From Naegleria gruberi (taxonomy: Eukaryota), in assembly GCA_000004985.1 (NCBI GenBank), contig GG738873.1: DNA of 64,000 bases. One strand, given 5' to 3'. Positions 37,101-47,339 of the stretch are shown here, piece by piece; the first letter of the stretch is position 1, and the number at the start of each line of letters is the position of its first letter. A program made the position numbers and the translations under genes. The notes under the pieces are model-generated. The model saw nothing but the letters and a program-made list of their open reading frames with translations. It had not been told where the DNA came from and made no database searches.

Positions 37101-37981
37101 AAAATAAACTGATCTGTTGACAAATAAGATGTATCTGACAATTGTAACCAAAAACTCAATGTAAAGTTATTTTTCAGTTCAATAAATGGTGTTCTATCTA
37201 GAAGGATGTAGCTTTGGTCGGTTAAACCAAATTTGAAAGATCTTCCTTTTTTTACCACGTTAGACTCCAAATCAATACCATTTGATGCTAGTTGGAGTGG
37301 TTTGGTTTTTTCTCTAACGAACTGAACTCCTCCAATATTGGTAAGGTTGTCAAAATTAAAATACATTTCATAATCAGCATCTACATCATAGCTGATATCG
37401 TCTTGTAATTCTGTACATTGAGGATTGCTAAGTATTTCACTTGTTGTTGAACAAATAGGTGATTGGTAAGAGTATTGAGATGTCCCTAAAGTTGCGATTA
37501 CGCTTGAACTAGAGGAAGACAAAGGGCAATTGCCTAGTAAATCTTTTTGGCAAGTACTTGCAGTCGATTGCAGAAGAGACTCACAAAACACACCTGAAAA
37601 GCCAGGATTGCACTGACAAATTTCAGGACCAATACAAACACCATTGCCACTGCAAACACCGGGAGCACCTTCAGACATTCCACCACATACAATAGTTTCG
37701 CAATTTGTATTGGCGAAGCCTGGGGAACAACTACATAAATCTTCACCAATACAAACACCGTTACCGGAGCAGGCATTAACAAGATCCGATGAATGAACAC
37801 CAAAACAACTGAAGGAGCTAACTTGGCATGTACAATAAATCAAGAAAAGAAAGACTATAAATACAAATCTTATTGCACAAATATTTCTAGTAGATAAAAA
37901 GCGGAATAGATGTGGTGTTGTTGGGCAAAGATCATCACCCTTGGCACCACAACAAAAACCTGTATTCCTCATATCATTCAT
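19158..37981 (-). CDS. Giant extracellular adhesion-type protein. It has a signal peptide and dozens of EGF-like modules alternating with ConA/LamG-like modules of about 200 aa. About 6,270 codons are resolved in one uninterrupted exon upstream of the gap, and the gene continues through the gap to 16788.
   Basis: ORF track 17519..38071 (minus) is open for 20 kb. The probable start ATG is at 37981 (MNDMRNTGFCCGAKGDDLCP..). The signal-anchor/signal peptide is ICAIRFVFIVFLFLIYCTCQVSS. Dozens of C-x-S/N-G-x-G-x-C...C-x-C-x-x-G(F/Y)-x-G-x-x-C modules are present, for example CSGNGVCIGPEICQCNPGFSGVFCE and CSGHGQCDGLNNCTCDFGYSGSNC. Interspersed non-Cys modules of about 180-220 aa carry F..SFWL.. and ..Y(I/V)(D/N)G.. 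motifs typical of ConA-like/LamG/pentraxin folds. NxS/T sequons are very dense. No stop occurs for 18.8 kb, so no intron is needed. Confidence 0.75.
21050..21820. repeat. Recent tandem duplication (unit about 543 bp, about 226 bp near-identical) inside the giant CDS, duplicating a pair of EGF-like modules
   Basis: ORF-track plus-strand antisense ORFs 21044..21364 and 21566..21838 contain an identical 77-aa run (IITGTAIGTISNIVDNTSPVLTIISKVVCFTFTSIIANTF..NIWCNTF). On the coding strand this is the repeated segment CGRIG(E/K)CIAPDVCEYYHCFGVESNETDVCSSRGKCIGNNTCECETNYFGNNCQNWTCIVNNITDCSNRGSCDYANHC. Confidence 0.8.
27560..28040. repeat. Coding minisatellite (21-63-nt units) inside the giant CDS encoding an array of N-glycosylation sequons
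   Basis: DNA units such as gtaaagttactaattgtaatgttatcact repeat many times. The translation (minus strand) is ..NFTYTNLTISNFTNSNFTSDNITIGNYTYTNSTSSNFTNTNLTSDNITIGNFTNSNFTSDNITIGNFTYTNLTIRNLTSDNITISNFTISNFTSNNITIGNFTYNNYT.. Confidence 0.8.
28131..32100. repeat. Four tandem repeat units of about 1.26-1.31 kb inside the giant CDS, each encoding one LamG-like + 3xEGF-like module. Cores of about 210 bp are near-identical between units.
   Basis: Core sequence caaaaatcaggcttggtacaattaccatttccactgcaaacaagtggatcttctgatttaacaccaaaacaaattggtaaagaacaatttgatccataatatcc.. recurs at about 28131, 29394, 30704 and 31981. The protein-level repeat is CNGIYLTSP(K/Q)ACNSNGKCYGN..CREGYYGSNCSLPICFGVKSEDPLVC(S/N)GNGNC. 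More diverged units flank the array at about 26.3 kb and 33.1 kb. Confidence 0.8.
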
Positions 37982-38141
37982 TTTTTGTTGTGAAGGAAGC
38001 AAAGTTTGCAAACAACAGCTTGATTTACGCCGTAAATAAACTGTAGAGATACAGTAAACCTGTACAGCCACAGTAAAAGGGGTAACACCAGAGTGATTTA
38101 TTACATACAGAAAGAAAATACATCAAGCGTGTTCCGGTAGA
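37982..38141. promoter_or_regulatory. Short (160 bp) divergent intergenic region between the ATG of the giant gene (minus) and the ATG of paralog A (plus); putative bidirectional promoter with a TACAG motif cluster
   Basis: Start codons lie at 37981 (minus) and 38142 (plus). The element ctgtagagatacagtaaacctgtacagccacagtaaaagg at 38041-38080 contains three TACAG copies. Confidence 0.45.
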
Positions 38142-40976
38142 ATGGCAAGAAACAATTTTTTTATTGCAATACTGGCTGTTTTTATTTTAGGATTAATTAC
38201 AGGTAGGTAGTAAAATCAACAAGAAGATGTAACACGGACTAGTTAATCTTTGTACCAATATTGTTAATGCTCAGGATGAAAATTCAGCAACAACAGAACA
38301 AGTGCAAAACCTTAAAGCTCAAAAACTTCTTCAAAATGATTTTTTAGAAGTGTTGAGCGTATTGCAAAAGCAGCAATCTGACCTCTCAGACGCAAACACC
38401 AAGAAGAAGCTGTTGGATACAAAGGAAGCTATTGAAATTTCTGGTCCATACCTGGCTGCTCTCAACATTACCTCGGATCAATTTACAACCATGCTAGCCA
38501 ATAAGCAAACTCAATTGCAAAGTGTAATGAGCTTGGAATTGGAGTTGAAGAATTTGATATCATTGACCCAAAACTCTGCTAATATTGTTGGTGATAACAT
38601 CAAAAATTTTGTAGCTGTAAGTATTAATTGTTTGTCTTTTATATTTAACATTAGCAGTTGTTCACAAAAAAAGCCTACACTGTGGATCAGTATCAAAATA
38701 CAACAAAAGAGGTACATAGATATGATCTTAATATTACCCAAGTTGATGCAATTGTTCCAAACTATCTAACTGCTTACCCAGTGAGAAGAATTAGAAATCG
38801 TATTTCAGTCGGTTTTCAACACGTGTTAGTACTAAACCAAAATGGGAAGTTGTACTCTACAGGTATTCCTTCTTATGGAAATCTGGGAAGAACCAACACT
38901 GATTCAAGAATGTTATATAACTTGCCTGTTCAAGGATTGGATGGTCTTGATATCCTTCAATTTGATGCCAATTATTACTCAAACCTTGTTTTAACCAATG
39001 ATGGAGTTTATTCATTTGGGTTGAATGACAAATCACAGATGGGAACTGGAGATAGAAATGACAGATATGTCGCTGGAAAGGTTTACGGATTTGGTGGACA
39101 AAATATTGTTCAAATAGCCATGGGACGCCAAGCATCCTATGCCATTGATTCCAACGGCAAGTTATGGGCCTGGGGTGACAATACCATGTACGGTCAATTG
39201 GGAGACAGAACCTTTTCTGAAAAGAATCGTCCTTTCCCAGTTTACAGCTATGGCGCTATTAACAGCACGGCTGTGGTTAGGGTTTGTGGGGGTGGTTACT
39301 TTGCTCTTGCCTTACTTGCAAATGGAAATATGGTTTCGTTTGGTGATAATTCATATGGACAGCTAGGTGTTAATAACCCATTAATTTCAAAATCGGGAGA
39401 ACCATTGTTGGTGGTTAAACCTTCAGAACTAGCCTCAAAGACAATTGTTGACATTCAATGTGGTTATGATTATGCAATGGCCCTTACATCATCAGGTGAT
39501 GTATATACTTGGGGAAACAACAATTACGGCCAATTGGGTGATGGAAGTTCTGGAGGTAAATCCCCAATTCCACAAAAGATCACAATTTCTGGCTGTACAG
39601 TATCCCAAATCCACACAAAATACCAAAGCTCATTTGCTTTGTGTACAAGCAACGAACTGTATTCATGGGGAATGAACTCTGTTGGCCAACTTGGAAGAAC
39701 TAGTAACCAAATACCAACAACTACCCCAACCAGAGTTGATCCTTCGTCGTTCTTGTCCAGCACTGATGACTATTTGGGCTTCCCCAAAATTATTGAGATA
39801 TCCTCCAATTTTAACAACATGTTCCTTACCACATCTGATTTGAGTATTTATGGAACCGGATCATGTATTGATGGTTCTAAACAGCAATTTGCCTTCTTCT
39901 ACACTACAAGATCCAGTGATTATGGGGCTTGCACTAGTTCCAATATTTTCTCCTTGAATTCAATGTCAAAGATGCCAACTTTCTCTTCTATTAGTTATCC
40001 AGTATCCCTTAGAAAGGCCCAATATTTTGAGATTGGAACAAGAGCCTACCTCCTTCAAACAGATACAGTAGTTCCAACCAGACCTAATAATGGCTTTAAT
40101 ATGTATTATAAGCAATTTGCTGATCCAGAAAACTCTTGGTCTATTATCGAACGAAATGAAGCCACCAACGCAGGTTTTCCTGTATCAATTTACAACAGCC
40201 ACTTCCTTAAAGCTGATGAATATGTCTACTTCTTTGGTGGTTTCATCAATGACGAAGTTTCAAATAAGATTTACAGGGCTCCAATTTATGATGTTGAATC
40301 TGGATGGGAACTCTGTAATTTTACTCTACCATATTCTGTTGCAAGTGGTATGACAACAGTTATTAATGGATACATTTATATTTTTGGTGGTATAACCAAG
40401 ATCTATTCCTACAATGGCGGTGAACTTCCAACTCTTTCTCCAACAGTTACAAACCAAATAATTAGAGCCCCAATTAATAATTTGACAAATTGGATGGTTG
40501 TTTCAGGAAAGGTATTGCCATCCGCTATACACAGTGCTTCCATTACAATTATTGACAAGTATGTCTATTTATTTGGAGGTTCCCCATCTTATTACTCTTC
40601 CAGCCAAGAAGTTTACAGAGCTTTGATTACTGATCCTTCATCTTGGGAAATGACTTTTGGTTTACTTCCATTCTTTGTAACAAATGGTGCTTTTATCTCA
40701 ACTGGTAATGAATTGTTAATGGTTGGAGGCACAGCTTCTGGCAGTTTAGTGAATGGAGGATTTATGGCGATTTCAAAGAAGTCACAATTTGACCCAGTCG
40801 GCTCATGGATGGCTAGTGATGTATTCTTACCTTCAAATGCTGCCCAATCTCTCATTACAGTGATTAGAAACGACACAGTATTGCTCTACGGAACTGAATT
40901 GCACCGTAGTACTTCTTACACTCCCCACTCACCAAAAATTGGAAGAGTTTTGAAGCTTGCACTCGATCTGTACTAA
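38142..40976 (+). CDS. Paralog A: secreted protein with coiled-coil + RCC1-like beta-propeller + Kelch-like beta-propeller; 3 exons, 918 aa
   Basis: Exon 1 is 38142..38202 and encodes MARNNFFIAILAVFILGLITG. Intron 1 is 38203..38242 (40 nt, GTAGGT..CTAG, phase 1). Exon 2 is 38243..38616. Intron 2 is 38617..38654 (38 nt, GTAAGT..TTAG). Exon 3 is 38655..40976. The frames of ORFs 38302..38769 and 38658..40976 join exactly. The predicted signal peptide cleaves near ..IVNA|QDEN. About seven RCC1-like blades carry G.N..GQLG motifs, for example YGNLGRT, GLNDKSQMG, GDNTMYGQLGD, GDNSYGQLG, GNNNYGQLGDG and GMNSVGQLG. The Kelch-like repeats are YVYFFGG, YIYIFGG and YVYLFGG. Confidence 0.8.
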
Positions 40977-41451
40977 AAGTTGTATTTGTAAAATAAAAAA
41001 TAAATTCTGTTGGATTTTTAGTGAGATCTGTGAGTTTCTCGAGCTTCAATTAGAACTCAAACTCTTGGTCTTCTTTTTATTGTTTGAAACCATGCACCTA
41101 AATTGAAATTGTGGCTCTTCCCAAACATTTACAGACCTGACTGATAACTTGTCAGTAAGAGGGGAAGCAAGAGCAGAATCAATAGAAGCAGCATCAGATT
41201 TTCAAAGACGATGGTTCAATACTGATCCTGGGTTATGTTCTATCTGGTCACAAGACAGATAAATTTCTATTGACAAGAAACTCATATTGATCCTTACAGA
41301 GGAGATAATAAATATTGTTAGATTCTGTAAAAGTGTTTGGATTTTATTTGAACAATTTACTCTGTTAGTCTTTCATAGAAAATAGCTCAAAAGTGAAATA
41401 AGCCCTTTTCACTGCAGCTTTTCACTGTTATACATTCTTTGTTCTTGCGCA

Positions 41452-44363
41452 TTAATTTTGGGAAATTACAATAGTTGATATATGAGAGTGTAATCCTTCC
41501 ACTGTTGTGATAATGGATGAAGTTGAATTTGCAGCTGCTGTAATTACTGATACAATGTAACCAACAAGCGGTAACTTTAAATCAATAACTATCCATTTTG
41601 AAGGATCATTTTTAAAACAAGCTAATACATTAGTTGAATTTCCTTCATAATCCTTTCCTCCCCAGATGAAATAATTATCGTTATCACTTGAAATTTTAGC
41701 TTCCACTCTGCTGTATGGAAGAACTTCATATAAATTCTTCCATTTCCAGTCTGCGAGTGATGCTACATGTATATCACCCACAGATTGAACTCTGTTCACT
41801 CTTCCTCCAAAGAAGTACATAGTTTTATCAATTATCTCAATAAATACATTGTAAACCGATCTTGGTAAAACTTGGTTCACAACTTCCCACAACAGCACAT
41901 TGCTAATTTTTGCTCTCATAATCTTTGCTGTTGGTACTCCTTTTGCAATCATTCCACCAAATATATAGACATATTCCTCAATCATTTTAAGTACACCATT
42001 AGCAACTGGATATGGTAATGTTTCATTATAGATTGTAACTTGGTTAAAAGATTGCTTTGAAATAATTCTATTTGAAAAGGTGCCATTCACAATACCCCCA
42101 AAATAAAAAGTCAATCCATCAAATGCAAGTTGGTGAGTGCTAAAGAATGACTTGGCAAAAAACTTTGGGTCAATTGAAAAATTGAAAGTGGGGCTAGAAA
42201 AATAAAAGGAACTAGCTAAAATGACAGAGCTAGAGTTGGAGCTTGACAACGACTTAGTGTAAATTGGTATTTTTGTGAAACTAACTAAATCAAAACCAGT
42301 ATTAGGAATTGGATGATCCATAACTATCACTCTCTTCTCTTCATCTTCATATATTGGAAGAGTTCTTTCTTCTACTGGAAAATAATTAAAAGATCCCATC
42401 ATCATTACACCTGCCATGTAATTTTGCTCATTAATGAACCCACTTGGAAAAGGTGTCACTTTAAAATAACCACCAACCATAATGCCAATTTGCCCATTAT
42501 AGGAATAAACTACTAGAGAAGAATCAGTAGATATTTGAACATCCAATAAATCTTCATATGCTGTTTCGTGAATTTGTACAAATCTTGGTTGCCTAATATC
42601 TCCACAACAAGGAACTTCGTACGATACTGACTTGATGCAAGCTGCTGGTTTTTCACAAGTGCTAATTGTATAACCAACAAATACAGGGTGAGCAGAAACA
42701 GAACAAGTGCCTGAAGACAACAATTGGCTTATTTCTGCTGCTCTCTCTGGAAGAATTCCACTCTCATATAGCCTATTTTCACCAGTAAATACGATATCCA
42801 CATTATGGGCAGGAGCCCACTCTTCACAAGCATGTTCAATGCAAATGGCTGTCAGTACTCCAGTTGCACACTGACACTTTTTCTTAGTGTTAACTCCCCA
42901 AGAAACCACTCTATTGTCAGTGGTAATGGCGTTCACAAGACCACCTCTGTGTCCAATTTTTTCAAATTTAACATCTCCAATGAACTGCCTACTAACTGGA
43001 ACGGGGGAGGGTGATGATGTTTCATCATCAGTTCCAACACAAGGATCATACCTTCCCCAAGCATAAATATTTCCATTTGACAACAAAGCTACAGTTGTTT
43101 CAGTTCCACATTGAATATCTTTTACAAAAACTCCTTCAATCCAGTCTGGAAAGCTGCTCCTAGAGATTGGTGTTGGTGATACACTGGATGCAGATCCCTA
43201 AAAGAAAACAGTAATTAATAATATGTCAAATATTGTACTCACCCAAGTATAAATGTTACCATCATAACCAATTCCAAAGGCATCTTTATCTTGTAAGCAC
43301 ACTTTTTCCATTCTAATATTTGAATTCATTCTTGTTGGCTTTTCAACATTGATATTGTCATTGTTTCCAATTATTGGGCCACCTATTCCCCATATAAAAA
43401 CGTACCCAGAATTATCTATAGCTACTGAATTAATTGCTGCATTCATGTATGCAAAAGTGTTATCATGATAAAGTATTGTAAGTGGTAAGGAAATAAATTT
43501 GTTTGTTCCTGAAGGAGGAGGTATGCCCAATCTTCCATCTGAGTTTTCTCCCTTTCAAAAATTTAGATAGATATAAAATATTGACAACCTACCCAACCAA
43601 TGATTCGTTTGTTGGTCAACACCATTGCATGAACTTTTCCACATACTAGTTGTTTGATGAATTCTCCATCTACAAGTCCTAAATTAACAGCAGCTGGTTC
43701 TATAGTTGGTGGTGAGCCCGGTCTTCCAAGAGGAACAGTCAGACTATATTCATATCCAAATGACATAAGCTGCCCACTTGAAAGATCAATGTACATTCCA
43801 TACTGATCTCCAAGGCATATGAATGTTCTTTCAGAAATAAATTTTCCACGTACTTCTCTTGAAATGCTGACTTTGTTCTTTCGTATGGATGTAGAGTTCA
43901 TTTTCTCCCTTGCAAAATAAGGGGATTTAAAGGCTTCTTGCAATGTTGTTAGGTTTTTTACAAATCGTTGTTCTATACTGTTCCACTTTTCTTGAGCAAT
44001 TTTGTTCATGCACTTTGTTTCCTTCAGCGAATGGAAAAAGGATTGCCTCCTTTGCAAAGTTTGCTTAAATGCATACATGTTTCTATTATTTGTTTCTCCC
44101 AAACTAATTATTTTCATTTCATGATCAACTTGTTTCAATTGAGCTTCTACTTCATTAATATATTCAAACATTGTTCCATTTAATTGATTAACTTTCTCTC
44201 TGTGGGCTTTTGCATTCATTAGGGCTTCAAGATAGATCTCCGAAGACATTTTGGTGTTTGTTGTTAGTGTTGCATTCATTACATTTGTTGAGTTGAGAGC
44301 CACAACTTGCAAACAACATCCCACAGTCAGGAAAAACAAAAGAACAACACTCCAACCACCCAT
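41452..44363 (-). CDS. Paralog F: secreted coiled-coil + degenerate RCC1-like + Kelch-like protein; 3 exons, 941 aa
   Basis: Exons on the minus strand are 44363..43593, 43551..43243 and 43197..41452. The introns are 43592..43552 (41 nt, GTAGGT..GAAAG) and 43242..43198 (45 nt, GTGAGT..TTTTAG), both phase 0. Frames join exactly across ORFs 43563..44363, 43198..43530 and 41452..43086. The signal peptide MGGWSVVLLFFLTVGCCLQVVALNST lies in the first exon with no intron after it. The coiled-coil region is ..NQLNGTMFEYINEVEAQLKQV... RCC1-like motifs are degenerate: GENSDGRLG, GYVFIWGIGG, DGNIYTWG, NGNIYAWG and DNRVVSWG. The Kelch-like repeats are LTFYFGG, YVYIFGG, TMYFFGG and YFIWGG. Confidence 0.75.
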
Positions 44364-44691
44364 GTGTTTTCAATGCGTTTTTTAATTATTAATATTGGAG
44401 AGATATGCAACCTCCTGACTAAACACTTGAACATTTCACCTCTTTAAGGGCGGCTTGACTTTTACTGTAACCAAAAGTTGCTGTTGTATTACCTCTTCTG
44501 CTGTCTGCAATTGGCACTGATAATACGGTATTTTAAATGAATAATGGGTGCCCTAGAGTAAGGTAATACACAAATTTTAAAGGAGCCAAAGTTCTCCAAC
44601 ATGCAAAAAGTTCAATGGTTTGGACAGAGAGCAACTTGTCTAACAAATAAACATGTACAGAATATTTGATGGGTTTTGTCTATTAAGCTTA

Positions 44692-45086
44692 CAGCACGTT
44701 TACTTCAAATTTGACTCGTTTTATGAAAGAAAATAAATTATTTAGAAAAAATTTTGATGTTCTTCTGCTGTCAAATCCAAAATAAGCATTTCAATAGAAC
44801 AACACCTAACCACTCGTTCTTACTCATTTCTACATATTTTTGAGAATGCTGCCACCCCAAGGGGTATGTCAATGCGAGGATTCATAATTTGAAGTCAGAT
44901 TTCAAAACTACCTTAATTCCATCGAGAATTTAGCATTTTGTTGAATAAAATATTATCGTTACAGATTCTTTTCAAATGGAGTTGAGTTTACTTGCCAAAT
45001 CAAAATTGAAAGATGAAATACTGTTAATTTTAAAAAAAACAATTTTAATTTCCCCAAATCTTGTCAAACTTGAAGTAAACGTGCTG
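44692..45086. mobile_element. MITE-like non-autonomous element (395 bp) with 25-bp terminal inverted repeats and TA target-site duplication (Tc1/mariner-Stowaway-like)
   Basis: The left end is TA|CAGCACGTTTACTTCAAATTTGAC. The right end is GTCAAACTTGAAGTAAACGTGCTG|TA. The TIRs match 24 of 25 positions. The interior is AT-rich and non-coding, and the element sits in an intergenic region. Confidence 0.55.
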
Positions 45087-45610
45087 TAATAAAATTACAA
45101 TTTATTCATTATTGTAAATTATTGGAGCTAAAAATATATTCTCGCGCCAACCAAAAACCGCTGAAGGTATAACATAAGGACCGTTAAATATTCAACAAAA
45201 AAAAACAATCGCTCAACATGAGTTCCTCACCACCCTGCTAAACAACCACCTTGATACCAGGAGGAGAGTTCTCCCTTTGCTTCCTTCCACAAAGTTGTTG
45301 TTCATTCTCATCAGCCATAACTAGATTCAACCATAACATCAACAGTCTTACCTGCCATTTACTTGAAGTTGTAGCTACATTAAAGTGAAGGTTCATATCC
45401 AAGAACAAGTACTTCTTTTTAATAAACAAAATATATAATATATTATATTATATTTGTCAATCCTTCACCTCCTTTGGCTTGGGTTCTCCTGGAAAATGAA
45501 CCAGTTTCTCATCTATTTGAATGAAATTATACTTTCTAATAACAATGACTCTTATTTTCCTCTTTGCGCTTTTTGACAGATTTCTCTCACCAAAATAAAA
45601 GTTTAAAAAA

Positions 45611-47016
45611 ATGGAAAAACTGAAAAACGAAACTCTCCCACAATACCCACCAACGGACAATAATAATACAGACTACTCGATCACACAGACAACAGATGAC
45701 CACTCTAAAAACAATAGTACACCACTTTTAAAGAGTACCACAATCGTTTTAGAACAAGGAAATTATAGAATTCATGTTCTAGGGACTGCTCATGTATCGG
45801 AAGAATCAGCAAGAGAGGTGAGAGAATTAATTTTGGAAAAGAAGCCCTCGATAGTAATCTTGGAATTATGTCAAGGAAGAAGTTCAATTCTTGTAGATAC
45901 CAACATTTTGAAAAAGAAGCCTTTTGAAAAATCGGAAAATAGTTTTGATGGAGAAAACAGCTCACCCATATTGATGGAAAAGACAGAGGAAATTGATCCT
46001 CACAGTAATAACAATAATAGACAAAGTTTATTTTCATTACTGATGGATTACGTAAAGAGTAAGTTTAAATCTTTTTTTGTTTGACCTTATTTTCATCATT
46101 AGAAAAGAGGAAAATTACACTTTTTCAATTGGCACTTGTATATTTCATGCAAAAGGTTACAAATGATTTGAAAATACAAACCGGAATTGAAATGAAAGCA
46201 GCATATGATATTTCTGTAAAATTAAATTCGAGAATAATTCTAGGAGATAGACCAATAGATATTACGTTGAATAGATGCTGGCATTTGATGGGCTATTTCC
46301 AAAAATTCAAATTTATTTCACATATTTTATATGCCTGCACACAGACATTTTCCTCTAAAGACATTGAAATGTTGAAACATTCCGATATTTTGACGGATAT
46401 TATTGAAGAGTTTGGAAATCAATTCCCACAGCTTGCAAGAGTGTTGGTTGATGGTATGTAATGAATAATTCTAATTTTGTAATCATTTTCAAAAGAACGT
46501 GATGCCTATCTTACTCATTCAATTCTCAAGGCAATTGAATATCTGGAAAATGAAAGGCTCAGAAGAGATCAATTGGATAGTGCAGATGATGTTGAATCTA
46601 ATAATTCTAACATTTCTTCAAATAATTCAACAGCTTTGGAAGAATCAAAAATAACAACAACCAATACTACAGATATATCGACCATTACTAATGAGAGTAA
46701 GGAAAATCAAATTGAGGAGGAAGGAGCAAACAGTTGGAGTGAATCAGAAGATGAGGAAATAGATACAAGGAGTGGCGATAATTCAAGTGAAACAACTCAA
46801 CCAGATTTGGATCCAAATACAATTGTTGTAGTTGTTGGGGCAGGACATGTTAACGGTATTTCAAAATACTTTTCCAATCCAGAAAAGATTAACAGACGAG
46901 AAATTATGAAACGATACAAGAATGAGTCTAATACGGGAAATATTCTTTTCATTTTTGCTATCCTTTTCACTTTATTGGGAATTGTAATGTATTTGTTCAA
47001 AGATATGTTCATGTAG
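45611..47016 (+). CDS. TraB/PrgY-family (TRABD-like) protein with C-terminal TM helix; 3 exons, 439 aa
   Basis: Exon 1 is 45611..46058. Intron 1 is 46059..46102 (44 nt, GTAAGT..CATTAG, phase 1). Exon 2 is 46103..46453. Intron 2 is 46454..46495 (42 nt, GTATGT..CAAAAG, phase 1). Exon 3 is 46496..47016. Frames join ORFs 45611..46084, 46081..46461 and 46573..47016. TraB motifs are YRIHVLGTAHVSEESAREVRELILEKKPSIVILELCQGR, LGDRPIDITLNR and ERDAYLTHSI. The C-terminal TM is ILFIFAILFTLLGIVMYLF. Confidence 0.75.
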
Positions 47017-47339
47017 CAAAGTATTAATAATTTTAGGTTTAGATTAATTTCAAAATGGAAAACTAAACTCATAATACCATCCCAATTGTTGCCAACCTTA
47101 GTACTTTTGAAATTAACAAGATCCAATTTTTATTTTTCAAATTTCATGCTCCTTCAGTTTGCTGTATGTTTTTGGCACTTTGAAAAATTAACAAGAAGAC
47201 TTTTCATTACTTTCTTTCACCTTTCAACATCTCCAAATATTTTTTAAAAAAAAAATCGTCATTACCCATTCATTCTGCTGTCAATTAATCTGTTGACAAC
47301 AAAACATCATCAACGCCAATCATTAAAATAAAAAAGAAA

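Noticed and set aside
19416-37803. Dozens of 60-130-aa ORFs on the plus strand (for example 20881..21087, 21044..21364, 23363..23761, 27672..27902) listed by the ORF track
   Set aside because: They are antisense to the giant minus-strand CDS and arise from its biased, repetitive codon composition. Several are just the reverse reading of the internal repeats. There are no domains and no start context.
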